NCBI GenBank assembly: GCA_947058885.1
Contig: CAMSIF010000001.1
Span: forward strand, 19,997-83,996
Length of the DNA: 64,000 nt
Reading direction: 5' to 3'
Source: an uncultured Clostridia bacterium
GTDB lineage: Bacteria; Bacillota; Clostridia; Oscillospirales; Oscillospiraceae
The notes below the pieces were generated by a model, which saw only the letters and a list, made by a program, of their open reading frames with translations, made no database searches and was not told the origin of the DNA. The position numbers were made by a program, and so were the translations under genes. How positions within the stretch are numbered: the stretch's first letter is position 1; the number at the start of each line of letters is the position of its first letter. Of the stretch, positions 43,957 through 54,144 are shown piece after piece.

Positions 43957-44877
43957 ATGCAGCAGATTGCAAAAGAAAAGTTCCATATTATTGGCATTCA
44001 GGAGGCGGATACCGACGTTATCGCCCGCCCCCATGTCAGCTACTGGCGGGACGCCTGGCGGCGGTTCCGGAAAAACAAGCTGGCCCTTACGGCCTTCGCT
44101 ATCCTGGGGGTGCTGGTCATCCTGTGCGTCTTCGCGCCTGTCTTTAGTCCCTATGAATACGAAACCATGGACTCCAGTGCGCGTCTCTCCGGCATGACCC
44201 TCCAGCATCCCTTCGGCACCGACAAGCTGGGCCGGGATATCTTCACCCGGGTTTGGATTGGCGGCCGGGTCTCCCTGACCATCGGCCTGGTCGGCGCGCT
44301 GGTCTCCGCCGTCATCGGCTGCATTTACGGCGGCATCGCCGCCTACTTCGGCGGGATGGTGGACAACATCATGATGCGTATCGTAGAGGTGCTCATCAGC
44401 GTGCCCTACCTCATTGTGGTTATCCTCATGAGCGTGGTCCTCGACAGCAAGAGCTTAGGCACCATGCTCCTGGCCATGACCATCACCGGCTGGTGCGGCA
44501 CCGCCCGGTTCGTCCGGGCCCAGATGCTCCAGCTGAAAAGCGCGGAGTACACCCTGGCGGCGCAGGCTCTGGGCGTCAGCCCCTGGAAGACCGTTGTCCG
44601 CCACTTTATTCCCAACACCATGGGCGTTATCATCGTCTCCGTCACCTTCGATATCCCCGGCTACATCTTCTCCGAGGCGTTCCTCAGCTACATGAACCTG
44701 GGTATCCAGCCTCCCGGCACCAGCTGGGGCGTTCTGGTCTCCTCCGCCCAGTCCCAGTTCCAGTTCTACCCCAACCAGCTGATTTTCCCCGCTCTGATGA
44801 TTGCGCTGACAATGCTCTGCTTTACCCTCATCGGGGACGGCCTGCGGGACGCCCTGGACCCCAAGGACAGAAAGTGA
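43957..44877 (+). CDS. Peptide ABC transporter permease (OppC/DppC type)
   Basis: WRRFRKNKLALTAFAILGVLV, HPFGTDKLGRDIF and the EAA motif region. Confidence 0.9.
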   Translation: MQQIAKEKFHIIGIQEADTDVIARPHVSYWRDAWRRFRKNKLALTAFAILGVLVILCVFAPVFSPYEYETMDSSARLSGMTLQHPFGTDKLGRDIFTRVWIGGRVSLTIGLVGALVSAVIGCIYGGIAAYFGGMVDNIMMRIVEVLISVPYLIVVILMSVVLDSKSLGTMLLAMTITGWCGTARFVRAQMLQLKSAEYTLAAQALGVSPWKTVVRHFIPNTMGVIIVSVTFDIPGYIFSEAFLSYMNLGIQPPGTSWGVLVSSAQSQFQFYPNQLIFPALMIALTMLCFTLIGDGLRDALDPKDRK

Positions 44878-44887
44878 GGCGGCAAGA

Positions 44888-45904
44888 ATGGATAGAATTT
44901 TGAACGTGGAGAACCTTCAGGTCTCCTTCCATACCTACGCCGGTGAGGTCCGGGCCGTTCGGGGCGTCAGCTTTGAGCTGGGCCGGGGCGAGACGCTGGC
45001 CTTTGTAGGCGAGTCCGGCTGCGGCAAAACCGCCACCGCCAAAGCGATTATGCGCCTGTGGAAGCCCCCCTTCGTGGAAATCAAGTCCGATTCCGTCGTC
45101 GAGTACAATGGCGAGGACGTGATGAAGATGGACAAAAAGCGTCTTCAAAGCCTGCGGGGCAACGATATCAGCATGATTTTCCAGGACCCCATGACCAGCC
45201 TGAACCCCACCATGACCGTGGGCAAGCAGATTATGGAGGGACTCCAGCTCCACCGGGGACTGAACAAGGCCCAGGCCCGCGAGGAGGCCATCAACATGCT
45301 GCGAATGGTGAAAATCCCCGTCCCGGAGAAGAACGTGGACTCCTATCCCCACCAGCTCTCCGGCGGTATGCGCCAGCGCGTGATGATTGCTATGGCCCTG
45401 GCCTGCCAGCCCTCCATCCTCATCGCCGACGAGCCCACCACCGCTCTGGACGTGACGATCCAGGCCCAGGTGCTGGACCTGCTCCAGGAGCTGAAAACCC
45501 AGCTGAACACCGCCATTATTCTGGTGACCCACGACCTTGGCGTTATCGCCAACTTTGCCGACCGGGTGCAGGTTATGTACGCCGGACAGGTGGTGGAGCG
45601 GGGCACCACAAAAGAAATCTTTAACGAGGCAAAGCACCCCTACACCTGGGCGCTGCTCAACTCCGTCCCGGCCCTGGCCACCGAGAACAAGCAGGAGCTT
45701 TACGCCCTCAAGGGCACGCCGCCGGATTTGATTCTGCCCCTCAACCACTGCCCCTTCGCGGCGCGGTGCGAGTACTGCATGGGCATTTGCCGGGAGCAGA
45801 TGCCGGAGGAGACTACCCTCAGCGGCACCCATAAGGTCTCCTGCTGGCTGGAGCACCCCAACGCGCCCAAGGTGGAATCCTTTTATGACAGGAGGAAGAA
45901 GTGA
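44888..45904 (+). CDS. Peptide ABC transporter ATP-binding protein (OppD type)
   Basis: Walker A GESGCGKT, signature [16 protein letters not shown]-terminal oligo_HPY region HPYTWALL. Confidence 0.9.
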   Translation: MDRILNVENLQVSFHTYAGEVRAVRGVSFELGRGETLAFVGESGCGKTATAKAIMRLWKPPFVEIKSDSVVEYNGEDVMKMDKKRLQSLRGNDISMIFQDPMTSLNPTMTVGKQIMEGLQLHRGLNKAQAREEAINMLRMVKIPVPEKNVDSYPHQLSGGMRQRVMIAMALACQPSILIADEPTTALDVTIQAQVLDLLQELKTQLNTAIILVTHDLGVIANFADRVQVMYAGQVVERGTTKEIFNEAKHPYTWALLNSVPALATENKQELYALKGTPPDLILPLNHCPFAARCEYCMGICREQMPEETTLSGTHKVSCWLEHPNAPKVESFYDRRKK

Positions 45905-46872
45905 TGGGCGAATATTTAGTGGAAGCAAAAAACCTGTGCAAATATTTCCAGGTGGACCGCAAGCGGACCCTCAAAGCCGTGGACCATGTGGACATCGCCA
46001 TCCGCCGGGGAGAGACCCTGGGCCTAGTGGGGGAGTCCGGCTGCGGCAAGACCACCTGCGGACGTACGCTGCTGCACCTGTACGACGCCACCTCCGGGGA
46101 AATCTATTTTGACGGGAAAGAAATCAGCCGCCTCCGAGGCAAGGAACTTCTGGAGTTCAAGCACCAGGCCCAAATTGTGTTCCAGGACCCCTACTCCTCC
46201 CTGGACCCCCGTATGACCATCAGCGAAATTATCGCGGAGGGCATGGACGTCCACCTCAAGCTCTCCCCCAAGGAGAAAAACGAACGCATCAACGAGCTAC
46301 TGCTGGCGGTGGGCCTTACGGACCAGTTTGCCAACCGGTTTGCCCACGAGCTCTCCGGCGGCCAGCGGCAGCGGGTGGGTATCGCCCGCGCTCTGGCGGT
46401 GGACCCCAGCTTTATCGTCTGCGACGAGCCTATCTCCGCCCTGGACGTATCCATTCAGGCCCAAATTGTGAACCTCCTGATCCGCCTGCAAAGGGAACGC
46501 GGGCTTACATACCTCTTTATTTCCCACGACCTGAGCATGGTTAAGCACATCTCCGACCGGGTGGGCGTGATGTACCTGGGCAGTATGGTGGAGCTGGCCT
46601 CCAGCGAGGCTATCTTCTCCGCCCCCAAGCACCCCTACACCCAGGCCCTCATTTCCGCCATTCCGGTGGCGGACTTCGACGGCGAGGAGAGCCGGAAGAA
46701 GGAGCGGCTGGAGGGCGAGGTGCCCAGCCCCATCGACCCGCCGCCGGGCTGCCGGTTTGCCCCCCGGTGCCGCTACGCCACAGACATCTGCCACAAGGAG
46801 ATGCCCAAGCTGGAGGAAGTGGAGCGCGGTCATCTTGTTGCTTGCCACCACTGCCTGAACAACCATTCGTAA
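45904..46872 (+). CDS. Peptide ABC transporter ATP-binding protein (OppF type)
   Basis: Walker [10 protein letters not shown], signature [25 protein letters not shown]. The ATG overlaps the OppD stop. Confidence 0.9.
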   Translation: MGEYLVEAKNLCKYFQVDRKRTLKAVDHVDIAIRRGETLGLVGESGCGKTTCGRTLLHLYDATSGEIYFDGKEISRLRGKELLEFKHQAQIVFQDPYSSLDPRMTISEIIAEGMDVHLKLSPKEKNERINELLLAVGLTDQFANRFAHELSGGQRQRVGIARALAVDPSFIVCDEPISALDVSIQAQIVNLLIRLQRERGLTYLFISHDLSMVKHISDRVGVMYLGSMVELASSEAIFSAPKHPYTQALISAIPVADFDGEESRKKERLEGEVPSPIDPPPGCRFAPRCRYATDICHKEMPKLEEVERGHLVACHHCLNNHS

Positions 46873-46900
46873 TGCTAATACGCATTTTAGGAGAGATGAC

Positions 46901-48268
46901 ATGATACTTTCAAACACCCTGTTGGAGCGCGTTTTAAACGCCGCCATGGACGGCGGGGCGGATTTTGCCGAGGTGTTTTGTGAGGAAACCCGCCACAGCG
47001 TCATTACCGGCGGCACCTCGGGCATTCAGAACAGCTCTCTGGGCCTGGAGAGCGGCGTGGGCATCCGGCTCTTCTCCGGCCTCCGCTGCCGCTACGCCTA
47101 TACCAACGACTGCCGGGAGGACACTTTGCTGCGCCTGACCCGGGAACTGGCCTCCTCCTGCCGGGGCGGAGGGGTCCGGACGCCTCTGACCGCCCTGACC
47201 TCCTACGCTGGAGACGGCTCCAGCGTGGCTTCTCTAAAGGACAAGCTGGAGCTTATCCGCCGGGCCGCCGCCGCGGGTATGGACTACGACAGCGAGATTG
47301 CCCAGATGTCCGTCCGGTATCTGGACATGGACCAGCAGGTCCTTATCGCCAACAGCGAGGGCCTTCTGGCCTCTGACCGGCGGCAGAAAACCCGTATGCA
47401 GATTACCGCCTACGCCCGCTGGGGCGAGAACCTCCAGCGGGGCTTCATAGGTCCCGGCGCTATGGCCGGACTGGAGTTCTACGACAGCTTCGACCTGGAG
47501 GCCGCCGCCCGCCAGGCGGCTCAGGAGGCCAAAACCGCCGCCCACGCCCAAAAATGCCCCAGCGGCATGATGACTGTGGTGGTGGATAACGGCTTCGGAG
47601 GGCTCATGTTCCACGAGGCCTGCGGCCACAGTCTGGAGGCCAGCTCCGTATCCAAGGGACACTCCGAGTTCTCCGGACGCTTGGGCCAGCAGGTGGCCTC
47701 CCCCCTGGTGACGCTGATTGACGACGGAACGCTGGAGGGGCAGTGGGGCTCCCTGCATGTGGACGACGAGGGCAATCCCACGCAGCGCAATGTCCTGATT
47801 GAAAACGGTATCCTCAAGGGATACATGATTGACAAGCTGGAGAGCCGCCGGATGGGCGTGCCCGCCACCGGTTCCGGACGCCGTCAGAGCTACCGGTTCC
47901 CGCCGGAAGCCCGGATGACCAACACCTTTATCGCCGCCGGAACCAGCCGCCGGGAGGATATTATCTCCTCCACGGAACGCGGCCTCTTTGTGGGCGGAAT
48001 TAACGGCGGCTCGGTCAATCCCGTTACCGGGGAGTTCAATTTCAGCGCAACCGGATGCCGGTTGATTGAAAACGGCAGGCTCACCGAACCGGTCCAGGAC
48101 CCCACCCTAATCGGTACCGGCGGACAGGTGCTGGAACAGGTGGACATGGTAGGAGACAACCTGTCGCTGGGACAGGGCTATTGCTATAACAACAGCGGCG
48201 CGCTCTTCATCTGTGCCGGACAGCCCACTATCCGCGTGAAAAATATTCTGGTAGGGGGGACGGAATGA
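46901..48268 (+). CDS. tldD: TldD-family zinc metalloprotease
   Basis: PmbA_TldD fold with the TldD-specific HExxxH motif (FHEACGHSLE) and the C-terminal GxC...GG region. Confidence 0.88.
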   Translation: MILSNTLLERVLNAAMDGGADFAEVFCEETRHSVITGGTSGIQNSSLGLESGVGIRLFSGLRCRYAYTNDCREDTLLRLTRELASSCRGGGVRTPLTALTSYAGDGSSVASLKDKLELIRRAAAAGMDYDSEIAQMSVRYLDMDQQVLIANSEGLLASDRRQKTRMQITAYARWGENLQRGFIGPGAMAGLEFYDSFDLEAAARQAAQEAKTAAHAQKCPSGMMTVVVDNGFGGLMFHEACGHSLEASSVSKGHSEFSGRLGQQVASPLVTLIDDGTLEGQWGSLHVDDEGNPTQRNVLIENGILKGYMIDKLESRRMGVPATGSGRRQSYRFPPEARMTNTFIAAGTSRREDIISSTERGLFVGGINGGSVNPVTGEFNFSATGCRLIENGRLTEPVQDPTLIGTGGQVLEQVDMVGDNLSLGQGYCYNNSGALFICAGQPTIRVKNILVGGTE

Positions 48269-49611
48269 TGCTGAAAACCTATATCGAGGCCTTTACCCTG
48301 GCCGCGAAAGCCCACGGCATAGGGCATCTCAATTTCTATACGGACATCAGCCGCAGCCGCGCCGTGTCTGTCTATCAGGGCGAGTTGGACAAGCTGGAGC
48401 TGTCCGAGGCCTGCCGCCTCTTCATCGAGGGCGAGGTGGATGGCTTCTCCGGCGAGATCTATGTGGAAAATTTTGCTTCGGAACAGATAGAAGAGCAGAT
48501 TCAGATTCTGCGGGAAAGCGCGCTGGCTTACCAGCGGCCCTTTGTGTCCCGGCCCCTGACGGATATGCCGGGCCAGGAAACACAGCAGGATTTCCTGCCG
48601 CTGGATAAGGTGCTGGAGGGAATGCTGGCGGCGGAACGGGCCGCCAACGCGGACAGCCGGACGCAGCTCCAGGGCTGTTTCTTCCAGGAGAAGTACAGCG
48701 ATGTGACCTTAACCAACGGCGAGGGCTGTACCATGACCGACAGAATGGGCGGAGCGCACAGCTATCTTTCCCTGACCGCCCGCCAGGAGGAGCTGGTGCA
48801 GCTGGCGGGAAAGAGCGTTCCCCTGCCCTGGGGCCAGTTCCCGGATATGGAGGCTATGGCGGACCGGGTGGCGGCGGACGCCCTGGCCCGGCTTCACGCG
48901 GGATCCTATCCTACCGGGGCCTGCCCGGTTGTATTGGCGGCCAATGTGGTCTGCGAACTGCTGGACGCCTTTGCCCCCGCGTTTTTCGCCAAAAATGTCT
49001 ACAGCCACATGAGCGTACTGGAGGGGAAACTGGACCAGCAGGTGGCTGGAGAGAACATTACGCTGCTGGAGGACCCGCTGCTGCCCGGCGGACTGCGCCC
49101 CCGCCGCTTTGACGACGAGGGGACCCCTACCAGCGCAAAAACCATCGTGGAGAGGGGAACGCTGAGGACCTACCTCCACAACTGCAAGAGCGCGGCCGAC
49201 GCGGGGTGCGCCCCCGGCGGCAACGGATTCCGGCCCAGCGTGTCGGAGGAGGCGTCCGCCGGATATACGAATTTACTGCTCCAGTCCGGAGAGAAATCTC
49301 AGGACGGGCTGCTGGCGGATATGGGGGACGGCCTGCTCATTACAGGCGTCAGCGGCGTTTTCGCCGGGGCCCACCCGTCGTCTGGTGAATTCTCCCTAAT
49401 TTCCCATGGCTATAAAATCCGGCAGGGTGTCCGGCAGGGCGCGGTAAGCCAGATTACCATTGCTGGCAGCTTTTTTGAAATGCTGCGGCAGGTCCAGGGC
49501 ATTGGCGGAGACAATGAGTGGATGCGCGCTTCCCACGGCTGTGTAAGAGCTCCGTCGCTGTATGTAAGCAGTCTGGCGGTCTCGGGAGGCGCGGACGATG
49601 AGAAGAAGTAA
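48265..49611 (+). CDS. pmbA: TldE/PmbA-family protein (non-catalytic partner of TldD)
   Basis: PmbA_TldD family sequence without HExxxH. Its ATG overlaps the tldD stop (ATGA). Confidence 0.85.
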   Translation: MMLKTYIEAFTLAAKAHGIGHLNFYTDISRSRAVSVYQGELDKLELSEACRLFIEGEVDGFSGEIYVENFASEQIEEQIQILRESALAYQRPFVSRPLTDMPGQETQQDFLPLDKVLEGMLAAERAANADSRTQLQGCFFQEKYSDVTLTNGEGCTMTDRMGGAHSYLSLTARQEELVQLAGKSVPLPWGQFPDMEAMADRVAADALARLHAGSYPTGACPVVLAANVVCELLDAFAPAFFAKNVYSHMSVLEGKLDQQVAGENITLLEDPLLPGGLRPRRFDDEGTPTSAKTIVERGTLRTYLHNCKSAADAGCAPGGNGFRPSVSEEASAGYTNLLLQSGEKSQDGLLADMGDGLLITGVSGVFAGAHPSSGEFSLISHGYKIRQGVRQGAVSQITIAGSFFEMLRQVQGIGGDNEWMRASHGCVRAPSLYVSSLAVSGGADDEKK

Positions 49612-50842
49612 ATGGCTGGCTCTGCTGCTGGCGTTGACATTGGCGTTAGCGGCCTGCGGCGGCCAGCCCCAGAACGGCGGTGAAACGAACGCTCCTCCTC
49701 CACAGCAGGAGGAGCAAAGCGGGAACGCCGGCTCTCAGCAGGAGGCGGAGGATGAATCCGATGAATCCGTGGAGGCCAGCGCACCTGTGGAGGAGGTCTA
49801 TACGGCGGCGGATATGCAGGATATCGACCCCTATGCGCCGATTCTTTCTTACTGGGATGTAGACTTCAGCAAACAGCCCGCTTTCACCAGCGCGGCGGGC
49901 TTGGACGCCTATTTCAAGGATTGCGTGGAGAACCGCTGCCGGAATATCGTCTTTTCGTGCAGCCGCGATGTCCGCGTGGAGCTGAATTCCGCGGATTTCT
50001 GCGACACCTACCATCTGGCCTGGGTCAATCCTAAGATGCAGCCTGGAGAGTTCGGCAAGCATTATGTTATCAGCATTACCTATTACCCCGGCGATAACGT
50101 GGCCTGGGCTTACCTGAATAACGATAAGTCCATGCTTTGTGAGGAGGAGCTGGTCCTCTATGATACAGCTGTGGCCTGGCTGGAGGAAAATATCAGCGAG
50201 GATATGACGGACTACGACAAGTGCGTGGCTATTCATGACTATATCTCCGGCAGCGTCAAGTACAGCAACGAACTGCTGGCGGCTCTGAACACCAGCTATA
50301 CGTTTGACTGGGGTATCACCGCCTATGGGGCCATGATAGACCATCTGACCATCTGTCAGGGCTATGCCGACGCATTTGATATGCTCACCTCCATGTTGGG
50401 GATGGAATGCACGCAGGTAGCCGGTTCCGGCGGCGGAGAGCTCCACAACTGGGTCCTCATTCAGTTGGACGGCAGCTGGTATCATGTGGACTGCACTTGG
50501 GATGCCACCGCTTTTCCGGGCGGCGACGGCACGTGCAGCAAGGCGTACCTCTTTGTCTCTGACGAACAGATGCGCCGGACCCATTCCTGGGAAGCCTCCT
50601 TGTATCCGGAGGCCACGGACAGCTCTTACTGGTACTATGAGAAGCTGGGACGGAAGGTTTCCAGCCAGGAGGAGCTGGAGGCCCTGGTGAGCGAACCCCT
50701 GCAAAACGGACAGCAGGCGGACGTTTATGTGGAGAATTTGACCCAGAAGCAGGTAACGGACTACGTCCAGTCCCTGGGAGGGAAGTTCCACACGGCGGAG
50801 TATCAGTCCGGCGTTGTGCTGTGCGCATGGGTGGAGGAATAG
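49598..50842 (+). CDS. Transglutaminase-like (Cys-His-Asp) domain lipoprotein
   Basis: Signal plus lipobox MRRSKWLALLLALTLALAAC and an acidic linker. Transglutaminase core LTICQGYADAF ... ELHNWVLIQLDGSWYHVDCTWD. The start overlaps the tldE 3' end by 14 nt. Confidence 0.85.
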   Translation: MRRSKWLALLLALTLALAACGGQPQNGGETNAPPPQQEEQSGNAGSQQEAEDESDESVEASAPVEEVYTAADMQDIDPYAPILSYWDVDFSKQPAFTSAAGLDAYFKDCVENRCRNIVFSCSRDVRVELNSADFCDTYHLAWVNPKMQPGEFGKHYVISITYYPGDNVAWAYLNNDKSMLCEEELVLYDTAVAWLEENISEDMTDYDKCVAIHDYISGSVKYSNELLAALNTSYTFDWGITAYGAMIDHLTICQGYADAFDMLTSMLGMECTQVAGSGGGELHNWVLIQLDGSWYHVDCTWDATAFPGGDGTCSKAYLFVSDEQMRRTHSWEASLYPEATDSSYWYYEKLGRKVSSQEELEALVSEPLQNGQQADVYVENLTQKQVTDYVQSLGGKFHTAEYQSGVVLCAWVEE

Positions 50843-50886
50843 GGCGGATTTTGTCAAATTCCTCCGGATGACTAAAATTTAGGCAA

Positions 50887-50925
50887 AGCGCCCCGCGTGA
50901 TGAGTTTTCTATCACGCGGGGCGCT
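50887..50925 (+). terminator. Terminator-like hairpin ending the opp-tldDE-transglutaminase unit
   Basis: 15-bp stem AGCGCCCCGCGTGAT / ATCACGCGGGGCGCT with a 9-nt loop and a weak T-tract. Confidence 0.5.
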
Positions 50926-50993
50926 CTGTCTATTGAGAAAATACGGAAACCGCCGTAAGATACAGTCACCAAAACAAAAGGAGACTGCAAAAT

Positions 50994-52352
50994 ATGGCTA
51001 TTCAAGAGAAAATAAAACGGACAGCCCTTAAAACGGCCTTCTCTTATCTGGAGAAAAATCCGGAGAAAAATGTACGCAACCTTATGGACTTGGTGGACGC
51101 GCTGGCGGGAGAAGGGGAAAAGGGATTTCCCAGCCAGCGGGCGGCGTTCCGGGAGGTGATTGAAAATCCGGAAAACAATATGCATCAGCTTATGATGAAC
51201 GTACTGAAAGAGGTGGATCAAGGAGTACTGAAGGCGGTTTTTGAGAACTTTTTCCTGAATGCCAATATTTTTGGATGGCCCAGACAGGAAGAGTTTAGAG
51301 AGAAATACGGCTGCAATATTCCATGGGCCATTCTTCTGGACCCCACCAGCGCGTGCAATCTTCACTGCACGGGATGCTGGGCGGCGGAGTACGGCAACAA
51401 ATTGAACCTGAGCTTGGAGGAGATGGATTCTATTATCCGGCAGGGTAAGGAGCTGGGGGTCTATATGTATATTTACACCGGCGGGGAACCTCTGGTGCGA
51501 AAAAAAGACCTTATCACCCTCTGCGAGCGGCATTCTGACTGCCAGTTTTTGGCCTTTACCAACGCCACGCTTATTGATGAATCGTTTGCGGACGAGATGC
51601 TGCGGGTGAAGAATTTTATGCCCGCCATCAGTCTGGAGGGGTTTGAAGCGGCTACCGACGGACGGCGGGGCCAGGGCGTATATCAGAAGGTAGTCCGGGC
51701 TATGGCAATTCTTAGGGAGAGGAAGCTTCCTTTTGGTATTTCCGCCTGCTATACCAGTCAGAATCTGGATTCCATCAGCTCTGACGCGTTTATTGACCAG
51801 CTGGTGGAATGGGGGGCTAGCTTTATCTGGTACTTCCATTATATGCCTGTGGGGAATGACGCGGCTCCAGAACTGCTGCCCAATCCAGCCCAACGGGAGC
51901 AGATGTATCATAGGGTCCGGGAACTGCGGGCTGCAAAGGCGATTTTTGCGATGGATTTCCAGAACGACGGCGAGTATGTAGGCGGGTGCATTGCCGGAGG
52001 CCGCAGATACCTGCACATCAATGCCAACGGAGATGTGGACCCCTGCGTGTTCATCCATTATTCGGATTCCAACATCCGGGAGAAGACGTTGCTGGAATGC
52101 CTGCAAGGTCCCATTTTTATGGCATACCACGACGGACAGCCCTTTGATGAGAACCATCTGCGTCCCTGTCCCATGCTGGAGAATCCGGAGAAGCTGCGGG
52201 AAATTGTACATAGGACCGGCGCACATTCCACGGACCTGCAATCTCCAGAGAGCGTGGACCATCTTTGCGGCAAGTGCGTCAGTTACGCGGACTGCTGGCG
52301 GCCAGAGGCGGACCGGTTGTGGAACGCAAGCCAGGCGTGCGGGAAGAAGTAA
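50994..52352 (+). CDS. Radical SAM protein (function unknown)
   Basis: CxxxCxxC cluster motif SACNLHCTGCWA, followed by TGGEPL. A Cys-containing C-terminal extension (DVDPCVFIH..., RPCPMLENPE). RBS AAAGGAG. Confidence 0.85.
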   Translation: MAIQEKIKRTALKTAFSYLEKNPEKNVRNLMDLVDALAGEGEKGFPSQRAAFREVIENPENNMHQLMMNVLKEVDQGVLKAVFENFFLNANIFGWPRQEEFREKYGCNIPWAILLDPTSACNLHCTGCWAAEYGNKLNLSLEEMDSIIRQGKELGVYMYIYTGGEPLVRKKDLITLCERHSDCQFLAFTNATLIDESFADEMLRVKNFMPAISLEGFEAATDGRRGQGVYQKVVRAMAILRERKLPFGISACYTSQNLDSISSDAFIDQLVEWGASFIWYFHYMPVGNDAAPELLPNPAQREQMYHRVRELRAAKAIFAMDFQNDGEYVGGCIAGGRRYLHINANGDVDPCVFIHYSDSNIREKTLLECLQGPIFMAYHDGQPFDENHLRPCPMLENPEKLREIVHRTGAHSTDLQSPESVDHLCGKCVSYADCWRPEADRLWNASQACGKK

Positions 52353-52416
52353 AAAGATGAGAGAACAGCGGAATTCCGTCCTTGGCAGGCGGGGTCCCGC
52401 TGTTTTCAGTTATTGC

Positions 52417-53313
52417 TTATGCTTGCAGGATATCCAGAGATTTATATTCATCTACTCTCTCTTCCACCTGTTTCCAGGTGATGCCAGAGCAGACAAAATC
52501 GTAGTCGCTCCAGATGCGTTCCAGTTCGGCTTTGATTTGGGGGACGTTTTCCAAATCGCCCGCGCCGGTGCGGACATAGTAGTCCGGGAGGAGGGTAAGG
52601 CCTATCAGGCCGTACTCGGCGGCAGGAGGTTCCTTGTCCTGGCTGAGCGCACTCAAAAGACGCAGGTGACTGTCTATGTAGCCGTTAAGCTCGATATGAA
52701 TCCCCATCATGCCGTTCAGGTCGAACACCTGGAAGGGTGCGCCGCCGGGAACGGGGATTTCCCCGCCGCCGTAGAAGCACTCGGCATCGCCCAGGTCATA
52801 AAGGTCGTTGCAGACATCCATCAGGCGGCTGAATTCCTCTTGGGAGATAGGGGTCTGGAAGGAACGCAGCATGGTGTCTACAGCCCAGCCGATGTCACCC
52901 AGCACCTCACAGCCGGGAAGTTGGGCGAGCCGTTTGCCCAGCGTGACCAGACGGGCGGCGGACAGCAGGCCCCATACCCGGATTTGGGAATCGCTGAGCT
53001 CCTCCACTTTTTCTTCTATTCCGGCGGGAACGTCGTTGTAGAGGATAGAGGCGTCCTCCAGGGTTCCGATGCGTTCGGAGCAGTCATCAACAATCTGCGG
53101 ATGGAAGAGCTTTTTTCCCGCGGCCTTTTCGTAGACCCCGTCGCTGGCGCTGTAGATGGTATCGGCGCGGTGCAGCCACAGGACAGCCATATTCAAGCTG
53201 CCCTGGTCCATGGCGGATACGCCCAGGTCGTAATAGGCGCGCGCCAAGCCATCCCAGTCTCTTGCTTTTTGGTATTCCTCCAGGCTTTTTTTCTTCCCAA
53301 ACAAACCAAACAT
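52417..53313 (-). CDS. Hypothetical cytoplasmic protein (298 aa)
   Basis: RBS AGGAGAGG 7 nt upstream of the ATG, with coding-like composition. No motif recognised. Confidence 0.6.
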   Translation of the reverse strand: MFGLFGKKKSLEEYQKARDWDGLARAYYDLGVSAMDQGSLNMAVLWLHRADTIYSASDGVYEKAAGKKLFHPQIVDDCSERIGTLEDASILYNDVPAGIEEKVEELSDSQIRVWGLLSAARLVTLGKRLAQLPGCEVLGDIGWAVDTMLRSFQTPISQEEFSRLMDVCNDLYDLGDAECFYGGGEIPVPGGAPFQVFDLNGMMGIHIELNGYIDSHLRLLSALSQDKEPPAAEYGLIGLTLLPDYYVRTGAGDLENVPQIKAELERIWSDYDFVCSGITWKQVEERVDEYKSLDILQA

Positions 53314-53451
53314 GCCGGTTCCTCTCCTGTTTTAAAATTTTGCCTTTGTGGGGCGATACAGGAATTATAATCCCATGTTTTCAGCAAGTCAATCTCGTGT
53401 TGAAAAAAGAATATTTTTCCCGGTCTCTGCAAATACTGCGTAAGAAAGGAT

Positions 53452-54144
53452 GTGATCCCTTTGACCACCGCCTTCTTCCGCACGGTCATTTTGTATTTTA
53501 TTCTTATGATTGGCCTCCGGCTTATGGGAAAACGCCAAATCGGTGAACTGGAACCCAGTGAACTGGTCCTAACGTTAATTATCTCTGACCTGGCCGCCGT
53601 CCCTATGCAGGATTTCGGTATCCCGCTCGTCAACGGACTGTTTCCCATCATCACGCTTCTTTGTCTGTCCATGCTCCTCAGCTTTTTCAGCCTGAAATCA
53701 ATCCGCTTCCGTTCGCTCGTCTGCGGCCACCCAACCGTCATCATCCGAGACGGCAAAATACTCCAGCAGAATATGGCCCGCAACCGCTTCACCGTTGACG
53801 AGCTGTTTGAACAGCTCCGCACCCAGGGTCACTCCGACCTGAGCTCCATCAAATACGCCATTCTCGAAACCAGCGGCCAAATCTCTGTTCTGCCCTACAC
53901 AAAAGACAGCCCGCTGACCCCCCAAACCATGAACCAGCAAGTTCAGGATAACGTAACGCTTCCAGTCCTTCTTATCAACGACGGCCATATCATGTCCCAT
54001 AACCTCACCGCCAGCGGCTACGACCACTCCTGGCTCCAAAATCAGCTGAAAACCCGCCGCCTGACATCGCCCCGCCAGGTCTTTCTTATGACCGTAGACG
54101 AGGCGGGCTCCGTCGTCTGCGTCGCAAAGGAGGAATCAACTTGA
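53452..54144 (+). CDS. DUF421 (YetF-like) membrane protein
   Basis: RTVILYFILMIGLRLMGKRQIGELEPSELVLTLIISD is the DUF421 signature N-terminus. The exact start is uncertain (GTG 53452 or TTG 53461). Confidence 0.8.
   Translation: MIPLTTAFFRTVILYFILMIGLRLMGKRQIGELEPSELVLTLIISDLAAVPMQDFGIPLVNGLFPIITLLCLSMLLSFFSLKSIRFRSLVCGHPTVIIRDGKILQQNMARNRFTVDELFEQLRTQGHSDLSSIKYAILETSGQISVLPYTKDSPLTPQTMNQQVQDNVTLPVLLINDGHIMSHNLTASGYDHSWLQNQLKTRRLTSPRQVFLMTVDEAGSVVCVAKEEST

Noticed and set aside
41389-44208. 939-aa minus-strand ORF across the peptide-binding protein and permease genes
   Set aside because: It is antisense to three clearly recognisable Opp-type genes. It is Gly/Val/His/Asp-rich with no start context.
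50457-53370. 601-aa minus-strand and 459-aa plus-strand ORFs overlapping the radical SAM gene and the 298-aa hypothetical gene
   Set aside because: They are antisense or overlapping frames without an RBS and with Arg/Pro/Gly/His-rich sequence. The chosen genes have RBSs, and one of them has a CxxxCxxC motif.
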